A stretch of 64,000 bases of DNA from the NCBI GenBank assembly GCA_030704615.1, contig CM060734.1, positions 19,840,001-19,904,000 on the forward strand, read 5' to 3'. Shown one piece after another: positions 50,924 to 62,334 of this stretch. The translations under genes and the position numbers were made by a program. Within the stretch, counting starts at the first letter, position 1. Every line of letters starts with the position of its first letter. Source of the DNA: Takakia lepidozioides (lineage: Eukaryota; Plantae; Bryophyta). The notes beneath the pieces are model-generated. The model was not told where the DNA came from. It worked only from the letters and a program-made list of their open reading frames with translations, and searched no databases.

Positions 50924-53900
50924 AATGAGGATGGAAAGAGTGGAGGAAGAGGAAAAGGAGGAAGAAGAGGGAATACAGGAAAGTGTGGCGATGGAGGAGC
51001 AGGAATCTGGAGAAGAACAACAACCCACCATAGTTCCAGGAACAGGCGAGGAGGACACTGCGTCTGAGGGAGAGACAGACGACATGGAGGAAGATGTTGA
51101 CACTGGCCTCACGAACGATCTGACCACGGGAAAGAGGAAGGGGAGAGGCTCACCTACATAGTCGGCGAAGAGAGCAGCCCGAAGCGGAAAGGGTCCCCGG
51201 CAACTGGGGAGTCTTCTCGAGTAGCTAGGAAAAAGGTAAAATCTACAGGACCCATATTTGTGAAGAATTCGGCTTTCAATGGCAGGTATTTGTGAAAGAA
51301 AGAACCATTCAGCGGCAGCTCAAACAGTGTGCGTTGCCGCACACTGTTTGAGCTCCACATGTCACTGTTTAAGGGTGCAAAATTCTTCCTTCAACGACAC
51401 CTTTCTGAGGATGAAATGAACCCCGCACTGCCAGCTCAAACAGTGTGCGGCAACGCACACTGTTTGAGCAGATCTTTTCAATGTTGTAGGGTGCAAAATT
51501 TGGACTTGGAGTCAGTTATCTGCAGGTGAAATGAACCCTTCCCAGCCAGCCCAAACAGTGTGCGGCGCCGCACACTGTTTGAGCTGAACATTTCAATGTT
51601 TCTGGGTGCAAAATCTGGACTTCAGGGGCACCTTTCTGAGGATGGAATGAACCCTGCACTGCCAGCTCAAACAGTGTGCGGCAACGCACACTGTTTGAGC
51701 TGAACATTTCAATGTTTAAGGGTGCAAAATTTGGACTTCATGGGTACCTTTCTGAGGATGGAGTGAACCCTGCAATGCCAGCTCAAACAGTGTGCGGCAA
51801 CGCACACTGTTTGAGCTGAACATTTCAATGTTTAAGGGTGCAAAATCTGGACTTCATGGGTACCTTTCTGAGGATGGAATGAACCCTGCACTGCCAGCTC
51901 AAACAGTGTGCGGCAACGCACACTGTTTGAGCTGAACATTTCAATGTTTCAGGGTGGAAAATTTGAACTCCAGGGGCACCTATCTGAGGATGAAATGAAC
52001 CCTACACTGTCAGCTTAAACAGTGTGCGGCAACGCATACTGTTTGAGCTGAACACTTCAATGTTTCAGGGTGCAAAATTTGGACTTCAGGGGCACCAGTT
52101 TGAGGATGAAATGAACCCTTCAATGTCAGCCCAAACAGTGTGCGGCAACGCACACTGTTTGAGCTGAACACTTCAATGTTTCAGGGTGCAAAATTTGGAC
52201 TTCAGAGGCACCTCTCTGAGGATGAGATGAACCCTTCACTGTCAGCCCAAACAGTGTGCGGCAACGCACACTGTTCGACCTGAACATTTCAATGTTTCTG
52301 GGTGCAAAATTTGGTCTTCAGGGGCACCTGTTTGAGGATGAAATGAACCCTTCACTGTCAGCCCAAACAGGGTGCGGCAACGCACACTGTTTGAGCTGAG
52401 CACTTCAATGTTTCTTGGTGCAAAATTTGGACTTCAGGGGTACCTATCTCAGGATGAAATGAACAATGTGCTGCCAGCTCAAACAGTGTGCGGCAACGCA
52501 CATGGTTTGAGCTGAACATTTCAATGTTTTAGGGTGCAAAATTTGGTCTTGATGTCTGTTATGTGAGGGTGAAATGAACCCTTCACTGCCAGCTCAGACA
52601 GTGTGCGGCAACGCACACTGTTTGAGCTGAGCATTTCAATGTTTCTGGGTGGAAAATTTGAACTCCAGGGGCACCTATCTAAGGATGAAATGAACCCTAC
52701 ACTGTCAGCTGAAACCGTGTGCGGCAACGCATACTGTTTGAGCTGAACACTTCAATGTTTCAGGGTGCAAAATTTGGACTTCAGGGGCACCAGTTTGAGG
52801 ATGAAATGAACCCTTCAATGTAAGCCCAAACAGTGTGCGGCAACGCACACTGTTTGAGCTGAACACTTCAATGTTTCAGGGTGCAAAATTTGGACTTCAG
52901 AGGCACCTCTCTCAGGATGAGATGAACCCTTCACTGTCAGCCCAAACAGTGTGCGGCAACGCACACTGTTCGAGCTGAACATTTCAATGTTTCTGGGTGC
53001 AAAATTTGGACTTCAGGGGCACCTGTGTGAGGGTGAAATGAACCCTTCACTGCCAGCTCAGACAGTGTGCGGCAACGCACACTGTTTGAGCTGAGCATTT
53101 CAATGTTTCTGGGTGCAAAATTAGGACTTCAGGGGCACCTGTGTGAGTGTGAAATGAACCCTTCACTGCCAGCTCAGACAGTGTGTGGCAACGCACACTG
53201 TTTGAGCTGAGCATTTCAATGTTTCTGGGTGCAAAATTTGGACTTCAGGGGCACCTGTGTGAGGGTGAAATGAACCCTTCACTGCCAGCTCAGACAGTGT
53301 GCGGCAACGCACACTGTTTGAGCTGAACATTTCAATGTTCTAGGGTGCAAAATTTGGACTTCAGGGGCACGTCTCTGAGGATGAGATCAACCCTTCACTG
53401 TCAGCGCAAACAGTGTGCGGCAACGCACACTGTTTGAGCTGAGCACTTCAATGTTTCTTAATGCAAAATTTGGACTTCAGGGGCACCTATCTCAGGATGA
53501 AATGAACACTATGCTGCCAGCTCAAACAGTGTGCGGCAACGCACACTGTTTGAGCTGAACATTTCCCTGTTTTAGGGTGCAAAATTTGGTCTTGATGTCT
53601 GTTATGTGAGGGTGAAATGAACCCTTCACTGCCAGCTCAGACAGTGTGCGGCAACGCACACTGTTTGAGCTGAACATTTCAATGTTTAAGGGTGCAAAAT
53701 TTGGTCTTTGCTGTCTGTTATCTGAGGATGAAATGAACCCTTCAAAACCAGCTCAAACAGCGTGCGGCAACGCACACTGTTTGAGCAGACCTTTTCAATG
53801 TTTTAGGGTTCAAAATTTGGTGTTGATGTCTGTTATGTTAGGGTGAAATGAACCCTTCACTGCCAGCTCAGACAGTGTGCGGCAACGCACTCTGTTTGAG

Positions 53901-56900
53901 CTGAACACTTCAATGTTTCAGGCTGCAAAATTGGACTTCAGGGGCACCCCTCTGAGGATGAGATGAATCCTTCACTGTCAGCCCAAACAGTGTGCGGCAA
54001 CGCACACTGTTTGAGCTGAGCATTTCAATGTTTCTGGGTGCAAAATTTGGACTTCAGGGGCACATTTCTGAGTATAAAATGAACCCTTCACTGTCAGCTC
54101 AAACAGTCTGCGGAACCGCACACTGTTTAGGCAGAACATATGAATATTGAAGGGCGCAACTTTCGGCCCTCATGGGCAGATATTTGAGCAGAACTTTTCA
54201 ATGTTCTTTCCGTGTGAAAATCGGGAACATAGTGCAGGTCCGTGAGGATCAATGAACACTTACCTGGCAGCTCAAAGAACACTTACCTTTTTATCCCACT
54301 TTTTCATGCATCGGTCGACGTTTCATTCCTCTCTTATAAGAATTTGAGTGAACAACCTTGCAGGAGAAAATGCAAAGTGTGGCGGATGAGGTCCCTCAGG
54401 GTCAGGGGAAGGAGACCATAGTTGATGTTGACGATGAGTTTTATGAAAGCAAAGCCGCTGAGATGCTGGGGGGTCAAAAGGTGAACTCTCAGCTTGTGGT
54501 TCAAAGTATGCTTGCTCCTGGTGGGAGGTTGAAGATTCCCCTGTGTAGGTTGGTTTCCATGCCCGTCGTTCGTCCACCCCTTGTCAAAGACATTCTCAAG
54601 CTGGAGGCCGAGTTTGTTCATGGGTATTTGGATGGATCCGCAGTCTTTTACGTTTCTACTAGGGATTCTAGAGGTAACGAGCTCCTTTTGGATGAGTCAA
54701 TCGTCGACTCCTGGGACCCCATTTGGAGACAGGTGAACGAATCCTTCGAACTTCTTCTCTCCAGAAACCTTCCACCCAAGTATTCTCGGGGAAGATGTTT
54801 CACGTTTGGGATGGCAACCACCGGTTGCTTGCATGGATGGCTGTCATTGGGAGGCTGCACTCACAGGAGGAAGAGTGGCATTACTCTGTTCGATCGATGG
54901 TGCTTGATTGTGACGACAACATGATGGGTCTTCTGACGGCAATGAATGATGTGAACAGGTTGGTTTCTCATTGTACATGTTGCACTTCTGGTTCCGTTCT
55001 TCCTTGATTCAAGTCCTTGAATTACATTCTGAAATTCAGATATCATTCTGCAGAGGGACGGAGACATCGCATGTCAAAACGAGTCTGGTTCACACACTTT
55101 ATAGGATACAAAGGATCGGGCAGATGCCCTTGACCAACTTCAAGACCATCCTTTCGGCAGAGATGTATAAGAAATGCGAAAGCTCCAAGACTTCGGAAAC
55201 ATGGTACTCGTTGACCCGTGAGGCTTTCATGGAGTACATGTACACGGTGAGATACATCTTCCTTCATCTGGCCTTTCCATATTCCTGCTTCCACATGTTT
55301 GTTTCTGTCTGTCTCCCTTGACCTTGGATTGATGCAACTCTCTTGCATTCCCTTGCAGCAAGACATTGCAGATGCAGGGGAGCGTGGCAAACTGGAATAC
55401 TACAGCTCTACCCCTGAGGAGAGAAGGACAGCAAAGGGGGTTGAAAGTCACATCCAGAAGGAGATGAACGCTACAAGAAGGACAATAATGAGTGCTTTTG
55501 TGAAGCAGTTGAGAATGGCCGACCCATCATTCGGGCCGCAGTTTCTCCTGGAGATAAAAAACCATTATAACAAGCCAGGCAAGCCGGAGATGGCCCAGGA
55601 GAAGTTGCACAGGTTGTCTACCGCCGTCGTGTCTTCTGAACAGAAGGTGAAGTGGCTACAGATATGGAACTCCGATCCCACAGTTAGGGATACCCACATG
55701 TTCCCAAGGCCAGAGAAGGAGAAGAAGACCCAGCGTGTCGTTCCTGTCAGTGACAATGTGCTGGACACCTGGCTTCACAAGGCCACTTACTGGAGCCAGG
55801 TGTGATGTCCTCTCGTATCTCACTTTCTTTTCTCTTTTCCTGTCCTTCTCTTCCCATTGCCTCTTACATTCGCTGTGACTGTTTTTGGGTTCATTCTTCC
55901 ATTTCAATTGTTTTGCAGTTGGAAGAAAGGGCCCGATCGGTTCTGCATACTCAGCTGGCTGACTATGGCATCACTATGACAGCTCCGAAGGTCTCCTTCG
56001 AAGCATACATGAGGAAATGGAGAGCCACAGTGTGGCACTCTGGTTTCTTTAGAGAGTTCAGCAAGGAGGGTGGCATCAGTCGAACAAATGAGCTTGACCA
56101 GCAGGAAAAAGGAGAGGAAGCCTGGAAACGATGCCTTTACAGGTGCACACCCTTGCACTCTTTGCTTGTGTTGTGGTTGCAATGTGTTGTGTGGCATACT
56201 GTTTAAGGGGGTCTTCCTGGTGTGTTGAAAAAGCTGGGACACAATATGTGCATTGGAAAATGAGGCTGTGTCTGTTCCTGCAGGTACATTAAGTTTGTTC
56301 TCTTGGAAGAGAATTGCTTGGACAAACATCCAGATTTCGTGGACCTTTGGCTTGTCCCTGCTGGCAACCAGACCATGTTCACTGCTGGGATCTTGCATGA
56401 CTGGGGTCCAGACCATCTTTCTTCTTGTGGTTGGTATTTGGATTGCCCTCCTTCAGAGACCCCAGCTGTAGAGTTGTCTTTGAGGAGAGAGAATGACCGT
56501 ATTGCAGCCACTGCCGCAGCAGCGGACCTCGACATTCATGAGCGTAATCTGAGGACTCTTGCAGAGAAGGAGCCTCCCGCTCAGGATACCCCGGGTAGAG
56601 GAAGAAAGGCAAAGGGAAAAGATGTTGCTGGTGTTGTGGGGAAGGGAAGGGGTAGAGGGAAGGTGGCACAAGGGCAGGGAAGTGTTGCAGCTATTGGCCC
56701 TGTGGAGCATGTCCAGCAGACTCCACCGCATGGTAGGGGATCCGGGAGAAAAAACAAGGGGGTGGTTGATCCCAAGGACCCGTACCATGCAGTGGAACAT
56801 CCCACGAGGGTCATTCGTCCAACCAGGTTGGAGATTGCCAACGTCGGGTTCCTTGCAATGATGGAGTCGAAGAAATCTGATTACAAGGGCGAGCCATCAC

Positions 56901-58098
56901 CAGTGTGGGAGAGGATTGTCGAGTTCCTCAGCACGGTGCGTGTTCTCTTTGGGTTCTGTGGCTTCTGCTCTCTTTGTCTGCTGTGGGCATGGATCGTTTA
57001 TAAACTTGTCAGAATTCCATTGTATTTTTGTTTGCAGGCTAAAATGACCAAATCGTGGGTGAACGGGAAGGAGAAGCCATATGCAGCGGAACTCATCATC
57101 TTGGACATCCCTGATGGGTTGGCAGTCCCGGATATCCCTCCATCGGGTGCTTGTCCGGGTTGGAATGCATTTGATGAGCGCTACTGGCGGTGGGTTTTTT
57201 CCTTTTGCAACTTCTTCCTTTCCGATGCAGGTGTTTTGGTTCTCATCCAGTCCATCGATGTTCGGTGTCGCCGTGCCCTTGCCAGCTATTTGAAAGCCTC
57301 GGGCATGAGAGTCGTGAAGACATGGAATTGTGTGAACAACATGTACCTTACGAAGGGGGATCGTCCGGGAGAGATGGTGAGTTTCCCTTCTTCTTCCTCT
57401 TCTTTTTTGTTCTGGGATTGTGTTGTATAGGTCGCTCCAACTCATATGTAGGGGCCCGATTTTATTTTGGTTCTTAGTTCCTTGTGGATGTCATGTTCGC
57501 AGACTCGTCTGTTTGAAGCTGTTTGTCTCGTCCGGGTGCATCCACCAACGACTCCGGCCGGCATTACGGAGTTTGCCATCACTCACGGGGGCAAGTTCAT
57601 AGATGACAGGACAGATCCTCCCACGGATGACATGCATCACAACTACGTCGACAGCAACGTGTGCTTGCGAAGGGGGAATGGGGTTCCTTGGAGAGGGGCG
57701 AGGGAGAGGAGCCCGGCTTTCATTCAAACGATTGTGGAGTGCTGCACCTACACAGACGCCAGAGTTCTGGATTTGTCGATGGGCACAGGTTCGTCTCTTC
57801 AACATTCACATTTCATGAGGTTTGATTGAGCTTGCACTTTCAGCACTTTCCACCGTTCCGAATGTGTCTTCAATGTCTGCTTACTTCATTCTATTCCACT
57901 GCAGGTGCTTCGTACCACGCTTGCAAGGCCAGTGCGCGACATGTCTTTGGGATTGAAGGGGATGCTGAGATTTACAAGAACCTCCTGATGGGTTTGGGTG
58001 GACACACTTCTCAGGTCCTTCCGAAGCCCCGTCCCGCTGATACTGGTACAGAGGAGACTTCTGACAAGGAGCTGGACTCCGACTTTGCCTGTGAGTAA
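50924..58098 (+). pseudogene. ParB/Srx-like domain fused to a beta-class N4/N6 DNA methyltransferase-like domain; 9 predicted exons, two apparent frameshifts
   Basis: Exons ~50924-51235, 54364-54958, 55054-55246, 55359-55799, 55919-56142, 56284-56935, 57038-57376, 57503-57788 and 57905-58098, all GT-AG and phase-compatible. ParB-like IPLCRL..VRP..LKLEAEF..G..VWDGNHRLLAW. MTase-like ELIILDIPD (motif IV position) precedes RERSPAFIQTIVECCT..DARVLDLSMGTGASYHAC..RHVFGIE (motif X/I/II). Frameshifts at ~51100-51158 and ~54769. Exon 1 is the least certain. Confidence 0.75.
51290..54190. repeat. Tandem array of 25 x 115-116 bp units, each with an 18-bp-stem palindrome
   Basis: Consensus core CAGCTCAAACAGTGTGCG-GCAA-CGCACACTGTTTGAGCTG. 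The GCTC/GCCC core starts at 51318, 51434, 51549, 51665, 51781 ... 53981, 54097. Confidence 0.97.
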
Positions 58099-58737
58099 GT
58101 TGAACCTGTGCATGCTTGCATTGTTGTTTCAATATCGAGAATCGATGTTCTTGAGGCAAAGTGCACATGGGAGACATCCTCTTCGTTGGACTTGTGCATT
58201 GCATCATTGTGTTAAAAATGGGATTTTGTGGACATGTGTAGGAGTCCGCGTGCTTCCACTTGCCCTCCTGGGCTATCACACCTATTTGGACTTGTTTTCA
58301 GTCCTCCTTGGTCTTGTGTGCTACCTGTCTATGCGGAGGCACTCGCAGCAAGCATGTCCGTTCATGGCACTCAGAGTCCACCTTGCGATGGCCTTCGTAG
58401 AACACGTGGTGTTGGGGCCAGAATCTTTGTAGATGACATAGCACAGGAGGTGGACATTGATTGTGATGACTGCGACACTTGATATGAAGTATTCTTTTGG
58501 TTTAATTCTGGGACAAATTTGAAATGGGATGGTTATGTGTCCTTATTGTCCTCTTTGCAATGTGTGCATGGAATTCACATTCATGGTTCCAAACTATTGT
58601 TGGAGATGGGGGTTGCATGGACTGCCCGGATTGTTCCTTCAATATATTTGTTGTTTTGTGGACCTCACAGACTTGAGTACATTGCAAAAACAAACAAACC
58701 ACTTTGTTCTCAATTCTCAATTCTCCCCACATCAACC

Positions 58738-58790
58738 CGCGGAAATAGGTGACACCACTCGGAAATAGGTGACATCCGCGGAAATAGGCA
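58738..58790. repeat. Three ~20-bp direct repeats (cggaaataggtgaca)
   Basis: ggaaatagg at 58741, 58761 and 58780, subterminal to the MULE end. Confidence 0.8.
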
Positions 58791-59854
58791 CTGTTTGCAT
58801 GCTGACGTGGCGTGAGCCTGTGCTGGGCTCACGCTTTCCTGGGCTCACAGGCTCACGCCTCCAGGCTCACGGAATAGCACCCCCCGCCTCGACCAGTCGG
58901 CTAGGGTATCGGCCTCCCCAAAATCCTAATCATACCCTACAGGTAGATTACTCTACGCATTTCCTTCCTATTTGGAACCGGCTGGTAGGGGCTTCCATAC
59001 CCGAGTGCATAACCGGGTTGATACCCGTATTTTTGTACATACCAGACCAACAGTGGTTTGAACGTTAGTATTTACTAAGGCTTGTATTAATTCGCTTAGT
59101 TAATCCTTTGGAGGGCAAAAGCAAAGGTTTTATGTCAAAAGTCTCAGGCTTATGACAAAGCTTCTCACATGTGGAATGCTAAATTTCATCACTTTCTTGC
59201 TCAATACAGCTCGAAATCCAGCATAGCAAATCCATGTATTGAGCTACGATGATGCATTTCCACCAATGATAATGACAAATTTTGTGGATGACGGCTTGGG
59301 AGGATGTACCAATGCAGATAAGCTCAATGGTGTTGTTGACCATTTGAAAGAGTAAAAGTATCATGTTATAATTGTACGTGTTTTGCAGGCATCATTTGTG
59401 CACGCACTGATCATGTTGTACCTACCATTGCATCGTCGAGATACTTCCTTCAATAAAGCTACATAATTATTTTCTTGAAATTTGCTTTATGCTTTGTTGT
59501 TATACTTTTCTTGCTGCTGGATTAATAGTCAATTCCTTTAAAATCATATCTGTAGGCTTCCAATGCTAAGCATCTCATACATATTTGTATTAACTGTAGG
59601 GACCAGTGTTGGACCCTAGTTGCAAATTTGGACGTGACGTGGCGTTGACGCGTCAGCGTCACGTCCGACGTCAGCGACGGACGTATGTCACGTCATGTCC
59701 TAAACGGACGTTACTGTACATAAATATGTTTATTTTTTTACTTTACTATTGACTATTTATTATGAGAACCGACATGACAACCGATGTGGCCTCATTACGT
59801 GGACTTCATTATTTATCTGTAAAATTCATATATTATGATTTATATTGTCAATCA

Positions 59855-60290
59855 TGCGACCGTCAGCAACGGTTGGTCGGACAATTTTTTTTTAAAAAAA
59901 AAATAGGTGCGACCACCAGAAGGAGGTGGTCGCACCATTTTTCTTATTTTTTAAATGGGTGCGACCACAAGCAGAGGGTGGTCGCACATTTTTTCTTTTT
60001 TTAAATTGGGTGCGACCACCAGCAAGTGGTGGTCGCAACATTTTCATTTTTTTAAATAGGTGCGACCACCAGCAGGGGAAGGTCACACATTTTTAATTAT
60101 TTTTTAAATGGGTGCGACCACCAGCCGGTGGTGGTCGCAGACTTTTTCTTTTTTGTTATTAGGTACGACCGCTTATGGGAGGTCGCACATTTTCGTTTTG
60201 TTTTTAAAAAGGTGCGACCACTAGCAGGGGGGGGTCGCAGCAGTTTTTTTGTTTTGTTATTAGCTGCGACCACCCATAGGTGCGACCGCT
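59855..60290. repeat. ~51-bp tandem array of TGCGACC...GGTCGCA hairpins with T/A-rich spacers (8 full + 1 partial)
   Basis: Units start at 59855, 59908, 59960, 60011, 60061, 60113, 60164, 60213 and 60265. Confidence 0.9.
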
Positions 60291-60624
60291 ACCTAGACAC
60301 GTGGGGAGGCGTGAATGGGCAGCAGAGGCGGTCGCGCGCCGCTCAAGGCAGGCCTCTCCAGGAAGTATATAAGGGCCTACCCCTCATTCCCAACCCACTT
60401 TTTCCCCTTTCTTTGAGTGCGGTTCTGGGGCTTCTTGGAGTTTCAACTTCGGTGGCTAGGGCTAAGCCGTGGGGGGGGAAGTGGATTTGTGTAGGGGAGG
60501 AGTTTTTGTCTTTTTATCCTGGCACTGCGGGAGACAGTTTGCTTTGGGTACTATACCAATAGAGGGTGAGGAATTGGTCTGCTAGTATATAAGGTTATCA
60601 ATAGTCTGGGTTTAGTTTTCCATT

Positions 60625-62168
60625 ATGAAGTCGCGTCTATTCCGCAGAGTACTTTCATCATGTCCGGAAACATTGCTTCGAACGCAGTGTCAGGGGGTTC
60701 CTCGGGAAGTGGGTGTAAAGGTAGGAAGCGTAAACATGCACATGAATGGGATAGTCAGGTCAACAAAAAAAAACTATCCAATCGCAGAGGCTGCGAAGGT
60801 GGTGAAGCAAGTAGTGCTGGATTATTTGAAGGACAATGACATAATGCGTTTGAATCTTTTGTATGTCCGACATGGGAATGAGGGGTTCCTTAGATTCCAG
60901 CACAATATGGAGATGAGAATGAGAGAGGCTTTGGCCGGGGATGAATGGGAGGAGGACAGGGCGAAGTTCCAGTTCACAAAATGGATGGAGGACCGGGCCC
61001 ATGATGCCACATGAAATCTGAGGCAAACCATGGACAAGTTTGTTACGAGAACACCTGTTGCTGAAGGTCGCATGTCAATTTCGGAGGAGGAGTTGTTTGT
61101 GCTTGTGGATTGGTGGTCTGACATGGCAAAGGCCCACGCCAAACGATGTACGAAACCAGTTCCATGGAAGGCATGGTCCTCGTCCGCGGATGCGGCATTG
61201 AACGTGAGATACATATCCACAAACGCACATGTACAACAACTCGACGCACCCAAACATGGAGGGTATGGTACAATTCGGAGGGTTAGAATTGTTGGGGATC
61301 TATTCATTCCTCCATCCTGGGAGCTAGTAGGGAAAACGCCCAGGGAAACAATGCTGAGCTTGCCAAAGTCCAACATAGCAATGAGACGTTGGCTGTAAAG
61401 TTCCATCATTTCGGCATCATAAAGTATTTTGCGTTGCATCCACGTCGAAATGAAGGTTACACACATTGGTGGAATGGGGGGACCATACGATCATGGTTGA
61501 GTATTGACAGGAAATGGGGGAATGACCGGGATAACATGAAGTTAATGGAACGACGGGGGACGGAGCAGGAAATGCAGGAGGTCAACCGACTGGTTCGATT
61601 CCGACAGAATCGCACCCAATTGGCATGGGCGCTTTTGCACATTATGCTCAACGTCCATAATCACCACCTCTTGCACAACGACATGTCCCCCGACAACATC
61701 TTGTTGCATTTTCCACAAGGGTCTGAAGATGTGTACATCGGGGTATGCGATTGGGGGATGGCCTCCACGAGGGATGACCCAAAAACCACGTTGTACATTT
61801 TCGAGAGCAGAGACAAGATGATACAGACTCTCGCACATAGATGGTGGATTGCACCTGAAAGTGCAATTGTTCATAATGTAGCCAACAACCAGTCAGATGG
61901 TACACCTCGTATGCCCCCTCTAACCGTGCCATCAGAGACCTTTGCAATTGGGAAGATAGCCCAGGTAATAAATGGGGGTAACACGTTCGATGCAAGCCTG
62001 TTCAACGATATGTCTACTTGAACCTGCTTTGCTTCGGCTCTGAAAAACTTGTGTGTAAACAAAGTAGAGTTGCGGTACAAACTAGAAAATGTTGTAGAGC
62101 GTTTCATGACGGGGCTATTCAATTGGCATGAGCCCAAAAATTGCTGGAGGATAGATAGAAACTTGTAG
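60625..62168 (+). pseudogene. Intronless atypical protein kinase pseudogene
   Basis: GGYGTIRRV (Gly loop), VGKTP (Lys), SNE (alphaC, in the shifted frame), LLHNDMSPDNILL, VCDWG, WWIAPE. In-frame TGA at 61012 and 62019; frameshift near 61342. Confidence 0.85.
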
Positions 62169-62334
62169 ACCTCTGACTGTACATCATGTTTGAATAAATG
62201 TTGTTTTCAATTGTGTTTGTCTCGTACCATAATGTTTTAATGGTTTGTTACTTGACCATGGCACCTGGGTCCATTATATGGGATAATCAAGCACCACACC
62301 CACGAATCTTGAAGAGTGACAGTGTACACCGGGT

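Larger units (their letters stand above)
45996..58880. mobile_element. Mutator-like element nested in the hAT (ends approximate)
   Basis: CGTGAGC/GCTCACG motif clusters at both ends (46000-46100 and 58810-58872), ending in inverted CCGTGAGCCTGG / CCAGGCTCACGG. Encloses a MULE transposase. No clean TSD found. Confidence 0.65.
36445..59055. mobile_element. hAT-superfamily element, 22.6 kb including nested insertions
   Basis: TIRs CAGTGTTGGTCTGGTA (36445-36460) and TACCAGACCAACAGTG (59040-59055), 15/16 complementary. Identical 8-bp TSD GTTTGAAC at 36437-36444 and 59056-59063. GGGTAT/ATACC subterminal motifs at both ends, and hAT transposase remnants inside. Confidence 0.92.

Noticed and set aside
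51290-54190. CRISPR-like appearance of the palindromic array
   Set aside because: The sequences between palindromes are homologous to each other, not unique spacers. No cas genes, and the context is eukaryotic.
58100-58770. Cys/His-rich short ORFs downstream of the ParB-MTase gene
   Set aside because: No consistent frame or splice pattern could be built.
45985-58890. TSD for the nested MULE
   Set aside because: Flanks (gagacccagc / cccccgcctc) give no convincing 9-10 bp duplication, so the ends are reported as approximate.
59855-60290. CRISPR or REP-like array
   Set aside because: Spacers are low-complexity T/A tracts and the variable part lies inside the palindrome loop.
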